A DNA stretch of 64,000 nucleotides. It comes from Takakia lepidozioides. Its lineage: Eukaryota; Plantae; Bryophyta. The stretch is from positions 2,728,001 to 2,792,000 of the forward strand of contig CM060732.1 in assembly GCA_030704615.1 (NCBI GenBank), in the 5' to 3' direction. This document shows positions 32,746 to 44,725 of the stretch, piece by piece. A program made the translations under genes and the position numbers. How positions within the stretch are numbered: position 1 is the stretch's first letter; each line of letters starts with the position of its first letter. Under the pieces are notes generated by a model. It was not told the DNA's origin and did not search any database. It saw only the letters and a list, made by a program, of their open reading frames with translations.

Positions 32746-34467
32746 CTAGGGCTCGTGTGCCTCCTCCACGGCCCACTCCCTTGCTGACAGAAGGTTTATT
32801 CGCCCTCCCACGGATTTGGGCGTTTCCGATACTCGTAAGACCTCGCCACCATTCCCACATGGCAGCGTGACTACTCTCTTGCGGCCATCTATGACCACTC
32901 CGGATTTGCTCAAAAAGGTCATCCCCAAAATGAGATCCACTCCATCGATCTCGCAGATGGTGAAGTTCTCACGTCCCTCCCAACTCCCCAGTTGAAGAGG
33001 AACATCAAACGCCAACCTTGTCGCCAACTGTGGTTCTCCTTTGGCAGAACGCACCTCAATAGAGGCCCCCACGTCACTTGTCGGGAGTCCCAACTTTCGC
33101 GCCGCCGCCGACGTCATGAAGGAGTGCGACGCTCCTGTGTCCACCAACAACGACACGTTAGTTCCGGATATTATCCCATCCACGAACAATAACTGACTCC
33201 CTTTACGCAGGGCGCCAGTTTCCTGATACAACTCACAAGAATAGTTGCCTACCTTGCAAGTCCTGGCGACCACCGCTTCCACCAAGCGACTGATGGTATC
33301 TTCCGACAGTTCCGTGGTTGCCCGAGTCATGTTCAATTGTCGAGGTTTCGTGCACTTCTTGGCCATGTGCCCGGGCTCCCCGCAATTGAAACACACTCCA
33401 TCAAAGGTCGCCTTCTGTCCGCCATAAGCCACTCCACCCGCTTTTCCTTTCGAAGCACCGGGTGCCGCCTTGACGTGTAAAGGCCCTCCCTTCGATTTCC
33501 ACGTGCCATTGTCGCCGCGTGGCCTATCCCACTTCTTTTCCGGTCGGAAGGAGTCACCTTCCCGCCGGGTCTTCTTGTGGTTTAGCTCCGTACGGCCTTG
33601 TCTCTCACCCCTAGGGACATCCGAGAAACATTCAGCCCTCTCAATTGCCTCGTTCAAAGTCTTGGGTGGCTTCTCCTCCAACTTCCGCCTGGCCCATGGG
33701 GCCAATCCCGCCACAAAGTTGAAGACCATTTTTGGTTCTGTCATGTCCACGACTTCGAGCAACAGCACATTGAAAGCCTGGACATACCCCCGAATGTCAT
33801 CTGTTTGCTTCAAATTCCTCATCTTGTCCCGGGCAAGCCAGGACGCGTTGAGGGGCACAAACTGTCTCTTCATCAATTCCTTGAACCCACTCCAGTTCAA
33901 GGTTTCCGGGCTTGGACCTCGGTCGTGAAGGCGTTTCTGCCACCATTGTTGAGCATAGCCCCTCAAATAGGTGGGAGCCACTTCCACCCGATCCTCGTCA
34001 CTCAACTTGGCCGCCCGGAAGTACTGCTCTAGCTCCAGGAGCCAGGTGTTGAATGCCTTCCGATTTCGGACGCCCTCGAAGGTGCCGGGTTCCTTAGGCT
34101 TCACCTTAAACTTTGCCTTAGTAGAAGTGGCATTAGCCGCCTTCAACACGTCTTTCAACGTCCCGCCAAACTGCGCCAACAACCCTTCCCAAAAGGCTGC
34201 CGGCATGGGAGGCATCTCTTGGTTTGTCGGAGCTCTCAAGGATTCCTCGGGCTCCGACTCCTCGGATTCCTCCCGCTCTTGAGCAGCCTCGTTTTCGAAA
34301 ACATGCATCGCTTCCTCAAACGGCCGCTTCGGTGACACGTCGCCCCCATCGGGCTCACCAGGATCATCATCTTTTGGGCCGTTCCGCTTTCGCTTCGGCT
34401 TGCCCGACCCCATGATGAGGCCAATCCCAAGGACGATCGCATACTGAACTCTAAGCTCTGATACCAA
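32746..34467 (-). CDS. Gag-protease of the chromovirus
   Basis: Gag with zinc knuckle CFNCGEPGHMAKKC; protease LLVDTGASHSF...DLILGM. Ends in a TAG that is in frame with pol. Confidence 0.93.
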   Translation of the reverse strand: MVSELRVQYAIVLGIGLIMGSGKPKRKRNGPKDDDPGEPDGGDVSPKRPFEEAMHVFENEAAQEREESEESEPEESLRAPTNQEMPPMPAAFWEGLLAQFGGTLKDVLKAANATSTKAKFKVKPKEPGTFEGVRNRKAFNTWLLELEQYFRAAKLSDEDRVEVAPTYLRGYAQQWWQKRLHDRGPSPETLNWSGFKELMKRQFVPLNASWLARDKMRNLKQTDDIRGYVQAFNVLLLEVVDMTEPKMVFNFVAGLAPWARRKLEEKPPKTLNEAIERAECFSDVPRGERQGRTELNHKKTRREGDSFRPEKKWDRPRGDNGTWKSKGGPLHVKAAPGASKGKAGGVAYGGQKATFDGVCFNCGEPGHMAKKCTKPRQLNMTRATTELSEDTISRLVEAVVARTCKVGNYSCELYQETGALRKGSQLLFVDGIISGTNVSLLVDTGASHSFMTSAAARKLGLPTSDVGASIEVRSAKGEPQLATRLAFDVPLQLGSWEGRENFTICEIDGVDLILGMTFLSKSGVVIDGRKRVVTLPCGNGGEVLRVSETPKSVGGRINLLSAREWAVEEAHEP

Positions 34468-34468
34468 G

Positions 34469-35195
34469 TGTCGCGCACCTCACTTCGGTAAGCTCTCCCT
34501 CAAGTCATAGTTACTCGCTTTGATGCGCGCGCCTGACTCCCAACCTGGCCGCCGGGCCAACTTGGAGCTTCGGCTGCTCACCGGGGCATAACGGTCCCCC
34601 TTTGTTCTCCCAAAGAACCCTCCACCGATTTGGAACCAGCATGAATTCCCTTTGGTAGTTGGCAGTCCGGAACAGCTCCCCACTCTTTGGTCGCTTTCCG
34701 GCTCGCTCGCTTACTCACTAGTTTTTGGTCACCAACGGGCTTGCACCGTTCTCGGGGTTACTACTCCCTATATATACTTCTGTAGTTGTCCGCGGGGGTT
34801 TCACAACTAGCCATGCCATTTTATGGCGAATCACCATGAAAACCCTCGACTCCCGGTGATGAGTCGCGGTGAGTCTTGGCCCACTCACCACGGTCCCTAT
34901 GGACCGTGATGAGTCCCAAGACTCCCCACGACTCCCACCACGAGGTCTCCGCCCCCATGGTGAGTCCTATGCCACCCCCACTAAGTCCCGCTAAGCTATC
35001 ACCACCCCTTGTGGAGCCACCCCCACGGCAACCCGGTGTGCGGGGCTCCACCTAGTGAGCGCCTCCGCTTCCCTGAGTGCCTTGGGCACTCAAGGGTGCT
35101 TCAGCCCCCCATACCTATCGCTGCCGCTGCCCCCACCACAGGGGCAGCCCCTCATGTGTCCCAACCCCCTGCCCTCAAGGCAAAGGGCCGCGACA
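34469..35195 (-). repeat. 5' LTR of the chromovirus
   Basis: Adjacent to the tRNA-iMet PBS; TG...CA ends. Confidence 0.95.
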
Positions 35196-35733
35196 TCGCG
35201 GGCCGTACCTGTCAGCTCACACGCTTGCAATAAAATCAAGCCACGTCCATATTGGGACCGGCCTGATTTATGTGTCCCAACCTATGATGGTAGAGATCAG
35301 CTTTATTAGACTCCATTACGGCTGGCATGGCAGTAATATTCTTGCTTTGGATGGCAGTCCCCAATCTATAGAGGCCATTTTCTAGTTTGCAACTACCTAC
35401 TGGCATCCATTTTCCATTTTTCAGCCTTGTTTGATGTGCATCTCTCCACCAGCCCTGTCAAATTGTTTTGCTGAAAACAAATTTTTCATAAGACCAGGAA
35501 CATGAAGTACGTTAGAGACTTCCTTTTCTTGATCATTATCAAGTAGTATGTTAACTGCACCTTGTCCAGCTATATCATGTGTGGTATCGTCTCCGAGATA
35601 TACCACCTGACCTCTCGTCCAAGTCTGATAAGACACAAATGATTGTATATCATGTGCCATATGTTGTGTGGCACCTGTGTCAATATACCAGGTTGGATCC
35701 TTCCCTCTTCTCGAAATCAATGCCGTTACATAT

Positions 35734-37132
35734 GGGGGTTGCTACACCGTGAACCTGGAGGCGTGAGCCTGTGAGCCCAGGAGCCCGTGAGCCCAGCATA
35801 GGCTCACGCTACGTCATCTATGAATTCCGAACTTACAGGGCGTATTTCCGCGGGAGGCGCCTATAGCCGCGGATTGACTTACCCTTTTCAGTCATTGCAG
35901 ATAACGTCTTTTACATCCATCCCACCCCCGGCCCTCGTGTCATAAACAACGATTTGATTAGTGTTCAATTGCCGAAGTGAGAGAGAATGAAGGTGCTGGT
36001 TACATGAAGCTTTCTTACCAGTCCAAACGTAGTAGCAGCTTACAGTGCAGATCCCCAGACCCAAAAATTAGCAGAGTGGAGTTGAGGCTTGGATACGTGA
36101 AAATCGCCCACATGGAATAGTGTAATTTAGATGTGGTGTACATACTAAGCCCTTGCATGTTTGGAAATGGATGAATGTCCTTGTATTTGAATGAAACATT
36201 CTGGGGAAGGCCGGGATGAAATCAATGTAGGCGGTTTGACTTGACACAAGCGAATGCACTTTTGGCAGGTTCCCCCGCAGATGCCTGAAAAGTAGTTTGT
36301 GGCACCCACACACGTTTTGTTTTTTTATTCCCACGAAGATGCCCTGAAAGTAGTGTGCGGCACCGCACACTCCTTTCGGGGCATCTGCGGTGCACGTTTT
36401 CTCTGCAGCTGCCCACCCCACATACGTTTTCTTTTTCTTTTTCGTTCCCACGCAGATGCCCTGAAAACAGTGTGCGGTGCCGCACACTACTTTTAGGGCA
36501 TTTGCGGTGCACGTTTTTGTTGCAGTTGCCCATCCCGCACACGGTTTTTTTTTTTTTTTTTTTTTTTTCTCGTTCCTATGCAGTTGCCTTCAAAACAGTG
36601 TGCAGTGCCGCACACTGTTTTCAGGGCATCTGCGGTGCACGTTTTCTCTGCAGCTACTCATCCCACATACGCAATTTTTATTTTTTTTGCCTGACAAGTA
36701 CACCGGCTCATAACATTCGCTCGAAAGACAAAAAAGGACCTGCACGTGAGGGGAGAGGCAAAGGAAAGGGGAAGGGGAAGTGAACCCAGACGGGTCTCTT
36801 TTCAATGTCGGTTTGTTTGCAATATGCAGCTTAAGTTGACTGACTGCACAACGTTGCAGTCAATGAATCTCTTTTCATTGTCGGTTTGTTTGGAATATGC
36901 AACATAAGTCGGCATACTGTAAATGCGTATTCCCACGGTTATAGCTCCCTCGGGTATAGGTATTTTATCTTTCACCAAATGTATTATGACATCTGCTGAC
37001 ATGGCGGACGCTCACGCTTATGTAGCGTGAACGCCACGTCATGCAGAGGGAGCCTGGGCTCACGCCACGTCAGCCAAGTGTGAGCTCAGCTCCCAGGCTC
37101 ACGGGGCTGGGCTCATGCTGTAGCTACGCTGC
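35734..37132. mobile_element. Non-autonomous Mutator-like element with 9-bp TSD
   Basis: TSD gttacatat (35725-35733) / gtcacatat (37133-37141); G...C ends; imperfect TIRs (ggttgctacaccgtgaacc / gggctcatgctgtagctac); inverted GTGAGCC/GGCTCAC subterminal motifs. Confidence 0.8.
36270..36680. repeat. About 116-128-bp tandem repeats, each with a ~50-bp hairpin centred on GTGTGCGG(C/T)(A/G)CCGCACAC
   Basis: gatgccctgaaa..gtgtgcggcaccgcacac..tttcggggcatc at about 36340-36385, with copies at about 36455-36503 and 36585-36630. Confidence 0.85.
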
Positions 37133-37724
37133 GTCACATATAATTGATTGCACTGGTTGCACTCAGCCACCGCTACATTCCCCTGCTTTGCAGTTTCTCT
37201 ATCTCAATACATCTCAATAGTCACTTCTCAAGTGAGCATAGACCTCACTCCAATCAGACCACATAACTACACTTTTCTCTCTGTAAGAATAAGTGTACTG
37301 CCTCACTGCGGCTTCGAATAGTTTTGTTAGTTCTCCCCTCCAAATACTATCGACTCTTCTTAAATACATTGTGAGTTTCTTATCTATTGGTAGTTCATCA
37401 AATTATAATCTACACATCTCCTTAGGTAGGCTAGAGGTTATATTGATACCAAAGGCTCTGATACCATGTTGGAATATTATCATCTTACCTACTCAAACAC
37501 AACTTTATGTTGAAGACATGATAAGATTAATATCAGGACACATTACATACTGTCAGAGCTCATGAGAGCTTCACTCTGTCTTTCATCTCTAGACTAGTAC
37601 CTCTCTTGTGTGTAGACTACCACCGAGCTTCACACCCTTGGTATCCTGGACACGAAGAGTCAGATGTAACTACAACAACGAACTCACATACTCCTAACAA
37701 TATAATGACAGAGAATTTATCATT

Positions 37725-39000
37725 CATCTCATTTTCAAGAAGGGTGACAGAGACCAGTTGTCCAATTACAAGCCAATCACCTTGCTCAACACCACTTATA
37801 AAATCATCGCTAAAGCACTGGCGTTCAAGATTCAACCGATTTTATCCAGGATTATACGACCCTGAGCAAATCTGGCTTTCTCAAGGGGCAGAATGATTCT
37901 CGACAACGTTCTGTTGATCAATGAGGCTCTGCATGCTGCTTCCACCTCTGGGCAACCTTCGACAATCCTTATGCTGGATTATGAAAAGACATTCGACAAC
38001 ATAGACTGGGATTTCCTTCACAAAATCTTGATTAAGATTGGGATGCCTCATCGATTTCCCATATGGGTGCAGTTGCTGCTCAACTCGTCATCGAGCAAGG
38101 TGATCATCAATGGTGCTATCTCCAAGCCTTTCTCCCTGCAGAGATCGGTCAGGCAAGGATGCCCGCTTGCCCCCTTCCTCTTTCTCATTGCAGCTGATGC
38201 TTTAAGTCATTATTTCAACAGTAGGCAGGATATAGTTGGCCTACGCATTGACGTTGAGCCCTCTATAAAGTTGTCAATGTATGCTGATGATACATCTCTC
38301 TTGCTGGACAATGAGGATTACCCAAACATCCGGAGAGCCCGTGAATCACTGCAGCTATTCTGCTTGGCTTGGGGTTTAAAAGTGAACTGGAACAAGTCGG
38401 TAGGCCTGCTCTCCGAGACCCCTGCCAGCTCTGGCACGTCTTCTTAAGGATGATCAAAGGATCCCTGCAATCAAAGCTCTGCCAGTTAACATAAAAAGAA
38501 TGGAGCTTGGACCAAATGAAGGCAGCAAAGCGACATGTAGTGAAACAGTGAAGATAAGATTCGATTGCACCAGAGGGGCAAGACCTGCAGAGATTGTCAG
38601 GAGCAGAATGACGAAAGGAAAGAGGTAGAATCATATTGCAAAGTTTCCAAAGAAAGGCTGAGACTTCGCAGCTTATGCCAAACGTCCTGCCAGATGAGTT
38701 TCCAAGCCAATTCAGGAGCTGCAACAGAGGCCCATTTAGCAGAAAGCTTAGCAGTAATCGGGTGAGGGTTGAGAAGAATCTTGTATTCTATCTTGGCTGT
38801 GTAAGCAAAAAAAGGCTTGGTAGAGTCCTGCACACACCAAGTCCATTCCCCAGGGTCCCATGGTAGCTGGGCCAAAGGAAGATTAAGAAACCAAAACATG
38901 GAAATGGCGCAGCCCCATTGCTACAAAGTACCAGCCCCATTGTAAACAGGATTGAGCGCACTGACGTTAAACAAACTTTGCTTTACTGTACTTTACTTTT
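37725..39000. mobile_element. L1-type LINE ORF2 remnants: RT on + (37725-38445) and zf-RVT-like region on - (38446-39000)
   Basis: FKKGDR..NYKPITLLNTTYKIIAK, LDYEKTFD, RQGCPLAP, MYADD on +; CRSC..ESYLHCF..C.FA..IW on -. Confidence 0.8.
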
Positions 39001-41031
39001 ACTCTTTTTTATGCCTTGCTTTGCCAAGCTCGTCAGAGCAACGTCTGATTCCCCTGCTCTTCTGAGATTACTATATGCAATATCAAGGATGATAGAGAAA
39101 AGAGTCACTAATATTGAATCCACTTCAAAACTAAGATAGGTCTCAGTGGGACACCTGGCTTTATGATGCCATATATCTGGACCAATGCAAGCCTGCGGAT
39201 GGAGGAGAAAATAGAGAGACAAGTAAATCAAGCAACGCTGGTATCGATGCGACGAGGTCTGAGTAAGAATCGACGGCTCTTCCTTCATGCGTTTATTCAG
39301 GTTGAGTAATAGTTCTGTTGAACATCTTAGCTACCATCATGCTCTTCATGGTTCAGTTTATTCCTGGCTGTTCGCTGTCTGCTGGTCCTTTGCCACTGTA
39401 GAATATCCAAGGTAAGAGGCAGTGAATGCGGCAGTCTGATGGTTAAGTTAAGGAGCATTTTCTCCCTGGGTCTGTATGCCACCGACCCATGCCCTCAAGG
39501 GTACGACATCAGTCAATTTTCACAGGGGACTTGCGTTGGATGCAGTGCTGTACCACAATTTTTTTCCAAGCCCTGCAACAGCATCATACTTATTGCGAGT
39601 GGAATCTTGGTCAAATACAGGTTTAGTAACAGTGCTTGATGTTCCTATGTTCATTGGCAGGAGCTGATCTTTTGCCTTTGCAACCCTATAGCTTTAGCTG
39701 GCCTGCTGAAATACTTCCTTTGTCATGTTTACTTTAGAGGAGCATAGTGTTGGCGAGCCTCTGTGGAAAAATTATTGGTAAATCTTACCTTGTCACATGA
39801 CCAAGTGGAACTAAGTGCAAGCGGCCTTTATAAAGGCAAGACTTTGCCGTTGCGTAATTATGATGTGAGCAAAACTATTTTCAACTGCATGCCCAATTTC
39901 TACCTGCACTGCTACCATTGTAAGATACCGCATACATGTAGGCTCTCACATTGATATAGGAAAACAGAAATGATCAGTGGCAAGTATTAGAGGGCTGTCT
40001 GCTGCTTATGTATGTTTTCGATGGGATTGCTTTTCCTAGGCTTGTGTAGCTTGGTTCAGCATCTCCTCTTGGCAAGTTAAGCATCATCATGAGTTGGTTG
40101 AGAACACTTTGGGTAACTACTACCAGGAGTACCCTCGTTCCCAGATGGATTAACTTGCTGTGTAAGGTAAGCCCTTACACAAACCCTACACTGACTGCAG
40201 ATTTCAGCCTGGTGCCTGACAGGGTTCCAGATATTCATTAAGCTGATGACCACGGGAAGCTCATTGAACTTTTTCTAAGGGGAGAGCATTGTGTAATTAT
40301 GCCTCAAGGCATAATGGAACTCTCTGTCAGGGATTGGCTTTCTCTCAATAGGCAAAAGTAGCTGTCCTGGGTTTTGTAGTAGAGAGGCCGGTGAAAGAAG
40401 AAATGTTCATGTCTCAAGTCTCCACCCTGGCTTGTCTCGCCCAAGCAGGACAGACTTCCAACAGGCTGCAGCTTATCCCATATGCTAGTCTCTATCCCCA
40501 GGCTACATGAGCCACCTGAATTGGCCCAGTGCCCAGAGAAGAGACGAAGAGAGGGGTGCAAACAGGCAATGGCCGCCATGATAAAACTGGAACTTAACTT
40601 GTGGATGTCCTGGGTATTTATGCAGTAGGGATGCTGCAGAGAGGCCATATCGCTGAAAGTGGAAACATGGGCATACCAGCAAGTCCTTGAGCCGGCTGTT
40701 TTCAGTCTCATAGAAGTTGTGAGGGCATGCTAGGAGCCAGACTTCACAGTGATAGAGAGAAGTCACAACCAAGTCAAAGGGTGACGGATGGATTTGTTTG
40801 CCTTTACAGAGGAGGGGGAAAAGATTAAGTCCCTTTCATTTCAGCCATGGAGGAAGGCCATATAGCGGTTCGTCATAGCAGTTCGTCAGTTGGTCTATAG
40901 CTACATCTGCAAACTTGAATTTCGGGGAATGAATAACCACCTCACATATGTATAAGATGAGATAACCTTTGATCTTATGCTTGTCATACAGGAACCTGCA
41001 ATCTGCAGGGCCAGGACCTGCCGCTCATAGT

Positions 41032-41291
41032 CCTTTGTAAACGCCTCCAAAATGCGCAAGTAAAATTACAGGAAATTGGGAGATTGAGCCTGCAGGATCA
41101 CATCGTCAGCTGTAAGGCCAGATGATTCTGCCCAATCATCGAGTTCTGTAACTCCGCTGCCCCTTTGCAAACGCCTGCAAAATGCCAAGTGAAATCACAG
41201 GAAATTGAGAGATTGAGCTTGCAGGATCACATCGTGAGCTGTAAAGCCAGATGATTCTGCCCATTCATCGAGTTCTGTGGCTCCGCTGCCC
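41032..41291. repeat. Two-copy tandem duplication of about 130 bp
   Basis: cctttg.aaacgcct.caaaatg...catcgagttctgt..ctccgctgc at 41032 and 41162. Confidence 0.85.
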
Positions 41292-41947
41292 CAAAAAAAT
41301 GTGCCCATCATGAGATAATCGTTCGACATCACCCCGCTCTAGCCTGTCACCATTCTTGAAAAGCGGTCAATGAGAAAGATAAAGAGAGAAAAAGAAAGAA
41401 ACCATGCACAGACATTAACTGAGTAAGAGCTACAAGGGCCCTTGCCAGGTCACACAATACACATCTTATAATATTTTCCTAATGTATTTACAAGGAGGCT
41501 ACACAACCATACCAGAGATGAAATCACAACCATCATGGGTGCACATGATCCTTGAGAAAATCAATTACAGGCTGTTTTGGGAGCATGAAGAAGGGCAGAT
41601 ACTCCTAAAAGCTGTAGTACACTCAAGTGGATCAACAAGTACCAAACTGACTTCTGTTCAAGCCTGTGGGTCTGTCACAAAAAGAAAGGCTAGGCTGACT
41701 TAATTACATCTTTCTTTGTAATATGCCAGACATGGGTTTCACAGTCATAAAGGCTGAAAAAAGCTTGGTCTCCTGAGTGCATCTCTTTGGCAGAGTACTA
41801 AGTCCAGTAAATCCACTTGAGCATTGATGACACTTGATGCCTTGCAGTCATTGACTTCTCTCTGATTCCTTCTTTCTCCCCAGAGCTATCAGACCTTGCT
41901 TGTCCCATTGCATCTATGCCAATCCACTGCTTGCCAGATGCCTCTTA

Positions 41948-44685
41948 CTAGGAAGGGTGACTCCCTAAACCAGTACCTAAACCATGTCCCAGCCCAGGTC
42001 CAAAACCTCCTAGCCCAGGCCCTAACCCTGTTGGTCCTAAGCCTCGCTGGCCCAAGGTACGGAGAGACTCTGCAACATTCACCAACGTGTTAATAAATCC
42101 TGCTGCGATGCGCTCATTAGCTTCCAGCTGCCGCTCCAGCCGTCGGTCCTTGCGATCCTCACTTTCCCTTATAGCCCTCTCAATTCCCGCCAGCCTTTCC
42201 GCAAACTCAAACCATGGTCTTCTCCTGCTGATTTCAGTAGGCACCACAGAGCTTCATTCATACTTCGGAGCTTCATTAGTACACTCATGTGTTTCAAATT
42301 CATGCGAAAGACTGAGGAAGTATTCTATGACTGTCACCAGCCAACATTGGCAATGAAAGGCAGAGAATGTACTAATGCCGTTCCCTGCGAAAATTGGCTT
42401 GACATAGTCTTACGGCCGTTGACACCACGGGAAACTAACCCTCACGGAGCCTTTTGTGGGGTTCCCACCCACCAGGGTTTGGCTTATCCCTGCAGCTCAG
42501 CTGAAGGTAAAAAATTGTTTTCTCTGCAACTGTCATTAAGCAAACTGGACAGCCCGGTTGCAATGAAAGATAGAGAGAGAGAATGTACTCATAGGACATT
42601 GTTTGCTGTAGCCTTGTGGTCATAGACCCTGCACCCAGTTTGGGCGAAACAAAAGGGAACAGATACTACCTTTGTGAAGGGCTCACTCCGGTAGTTTTGC
42701 TTACCATGGTAAGACAAACAGTTTGGGTTTTCCAGATATCCTCTAGAAAGAAAGCCCTGCACACAAGTATCAACTTGCTGTGTGTGAGCTGCCCAGCAAT
42801 TAGACCCCAACAGGGCCAGGGCTTTAGGCTCAGCCTAAAGATTCTCAAATCTGGTGAGCAGAGAGAGAGAGAGATTGTACTCATAAGACGTTGTTTGCCG
42901 TAGCCTTGTGGCCATTGACCCCGCGCCCAGTTTGAGCGGGAACAAAAGGGACAGAACCTACCTCTGTCAGGGGCTGACATTGGTAGTAAGACTTACCTCC
43001 ATATAAAGAATTAATCCGGGTTTTCCAGATATCCTCTAGAAATCCCTTCACACAAGCATCAATCTGTTGTGTGTGATTTGCCCAAAAACTAGGCCTCAGG
43101 AGGGCCTGGGCTTTTGGCTCAGCCTCGAGACTTTCAAAGTTGGTAAACAGGGGTACAGGCACAATTCCCTTCAGAGATTTGAAGAGAGCGTCTCTTTGGT
43201 GAGAGAACCCCGGACAGTGTATCAGAAAATGAATACTGTCTTCAGATTGCCCACACAACGGGCAATTGCACTCTCCCTTTCCTCTCTGCTTCTGTTTGCT
43301 GTTCAAAGGTAGGCTTCCTGCCCTGAGTTTAAATTTCAGTCTAGTGCCGAGAGTGGGTAGACCCTTGAGGTCATCCAAGATGTCCTCCCCCATGTCACAG
43401 ACTGGAAACAAGTTCAGGGAAGTTTTCTGCCTAACTTCATTTTCATCAGACAATCTCATGGCAACAGACATGGCTGAGGACACTACAGCCTCTAAGTCAG
43501 ATTTATCCAGCAGGGTCAAGACTTGCGGATCCAGGTCCAGGTCCTTGAGGATCTCTTCTACTCTCTTCTGCCAGGACTTAGCCTGTTTGACAGGGCGGTC
43601 CTGTTTCCAAGATATAGAGTCGATTAACTTAGGATATCTGGTGTTGGGCATATGTTGCAGCTGACCCCACCATCTGACCTTGAATTCATCTCGTCGGGAG
43701 CTTAAGGACGGAATGCCAAACTCACCCCGAACAGCCACATTGGCGGTTTTGGAGCATGCTGACATACACTCCTTAAGCACCCCCACTTGAATGGATTCTA
43801 GAGACTTAGCCTGGTTGGAGCTATCAACCCATATAGCAGATCCGTACTCCAAGGCAGGTCTAATAACGCAACAAAGCATGGTTTTCTTATCCTCAGAGTT
43901 GACCCCTCTGCAGTGGAAGAATTTAGTGAGCCCCAGAGCTTTGCCCTTGCCAGTTTGAACAACTTTCCGGATATGTGCATCCCAATTACAATTGGAGGAG
44001 AACTCAACGCCCAGGTAGTGTAGGAAGGGAGGACCGGGATCTCTTGGCTACCCCACTGCCACTTAAGATCACTTCCTCCCTCTCCTCTGTCGTTGAATGC
44101 TACCACTGCACATTTGCTGACATTAGCCTCTAGCCCCCAAAGATCAAAGTATCTCTTCGCGCAATCAATCAACTCCTGGAGATTGGTTGGAGTCTCCCCT
44201 ATGCCTGCGAAGTCATCGGCAAACATAAGGGCTGGTATGGTGGTATCACCCACCCTTAACCCAAATCCCTCACTTTCCACATCCTCGAGGAGTTGATTGA
44301 TGAAAACATTGAAGAGCAGAGGGGAGAGAGTACATCCTTGAGCTACACCTTGGTCTATGTCAAAGAAGTTGGACTTCTGTCCGTTAACAGTGACACAGCT
44401 TTTGGTGTGAGCATACAAGAGAGAGAGAGAGAGAGAATGTACTCATAAGACGTTGTTTGCCGTAGCCTTGTGGCCATTGACCCCGCGTCCAGTGTGAGCG
44501 GAACAGAGAGAGAGAGAGAGAGAGAGAATGTACTCATAAGACGTTGTTTGCCGTAGCCTTGTGGCCATTGACCCCGCGCCCAGTGTGAGCGGAACAGAGA
44601 GAGAGAGAGAGAGAGAGAGAATGTACTCATAAGACGTTGTTTGCCGTAGCCTTGTGGCCATTGACCCCGCGCCCAGTGTGAGCGG

Positions 44686-44725
<40 letters not shown>

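Larger units (their letters stand above)
28217..35195 (-). mobile_element. Full-length chromodomain-bearing Ty3/gypsy LTR retrotransposon (chromovirus), defective
   Basis: TG...CA LTRs at 28217-28944 and 34469-35195; 5-bp TSD TCGCG (28212-28216, 35196-35200); PBS TGGTATCAGAGC (34455-34466); PPT next to 28945; gag-PR-RT-RH-INT-chromodomain order. Confidence 0.97.
35215..37699 (-). mobile_element. Ty1/copia remnant (5' LTR, PBS, deleted gag, protease), interrupted by a MULE
   Basis: Putative LTR 37467-37699 (TGTTAG...CCAACA on the minus strand; no second LTR seen); PBS TGGTATCAGAGCC at 37454-37466; WYIDTGATQHM...NVLHVPGLMKNLFS at 35421-35720. The reading frame rejoins across 35734-37132 (ECNQCNQLYVTALISRRG). 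Confidence 0.85.

Noticed and set aside
39000-41000. Possible further LINE or gene remnants here and at 53500-55350
   Set aside because: No motif strong enough to support a call by eye.
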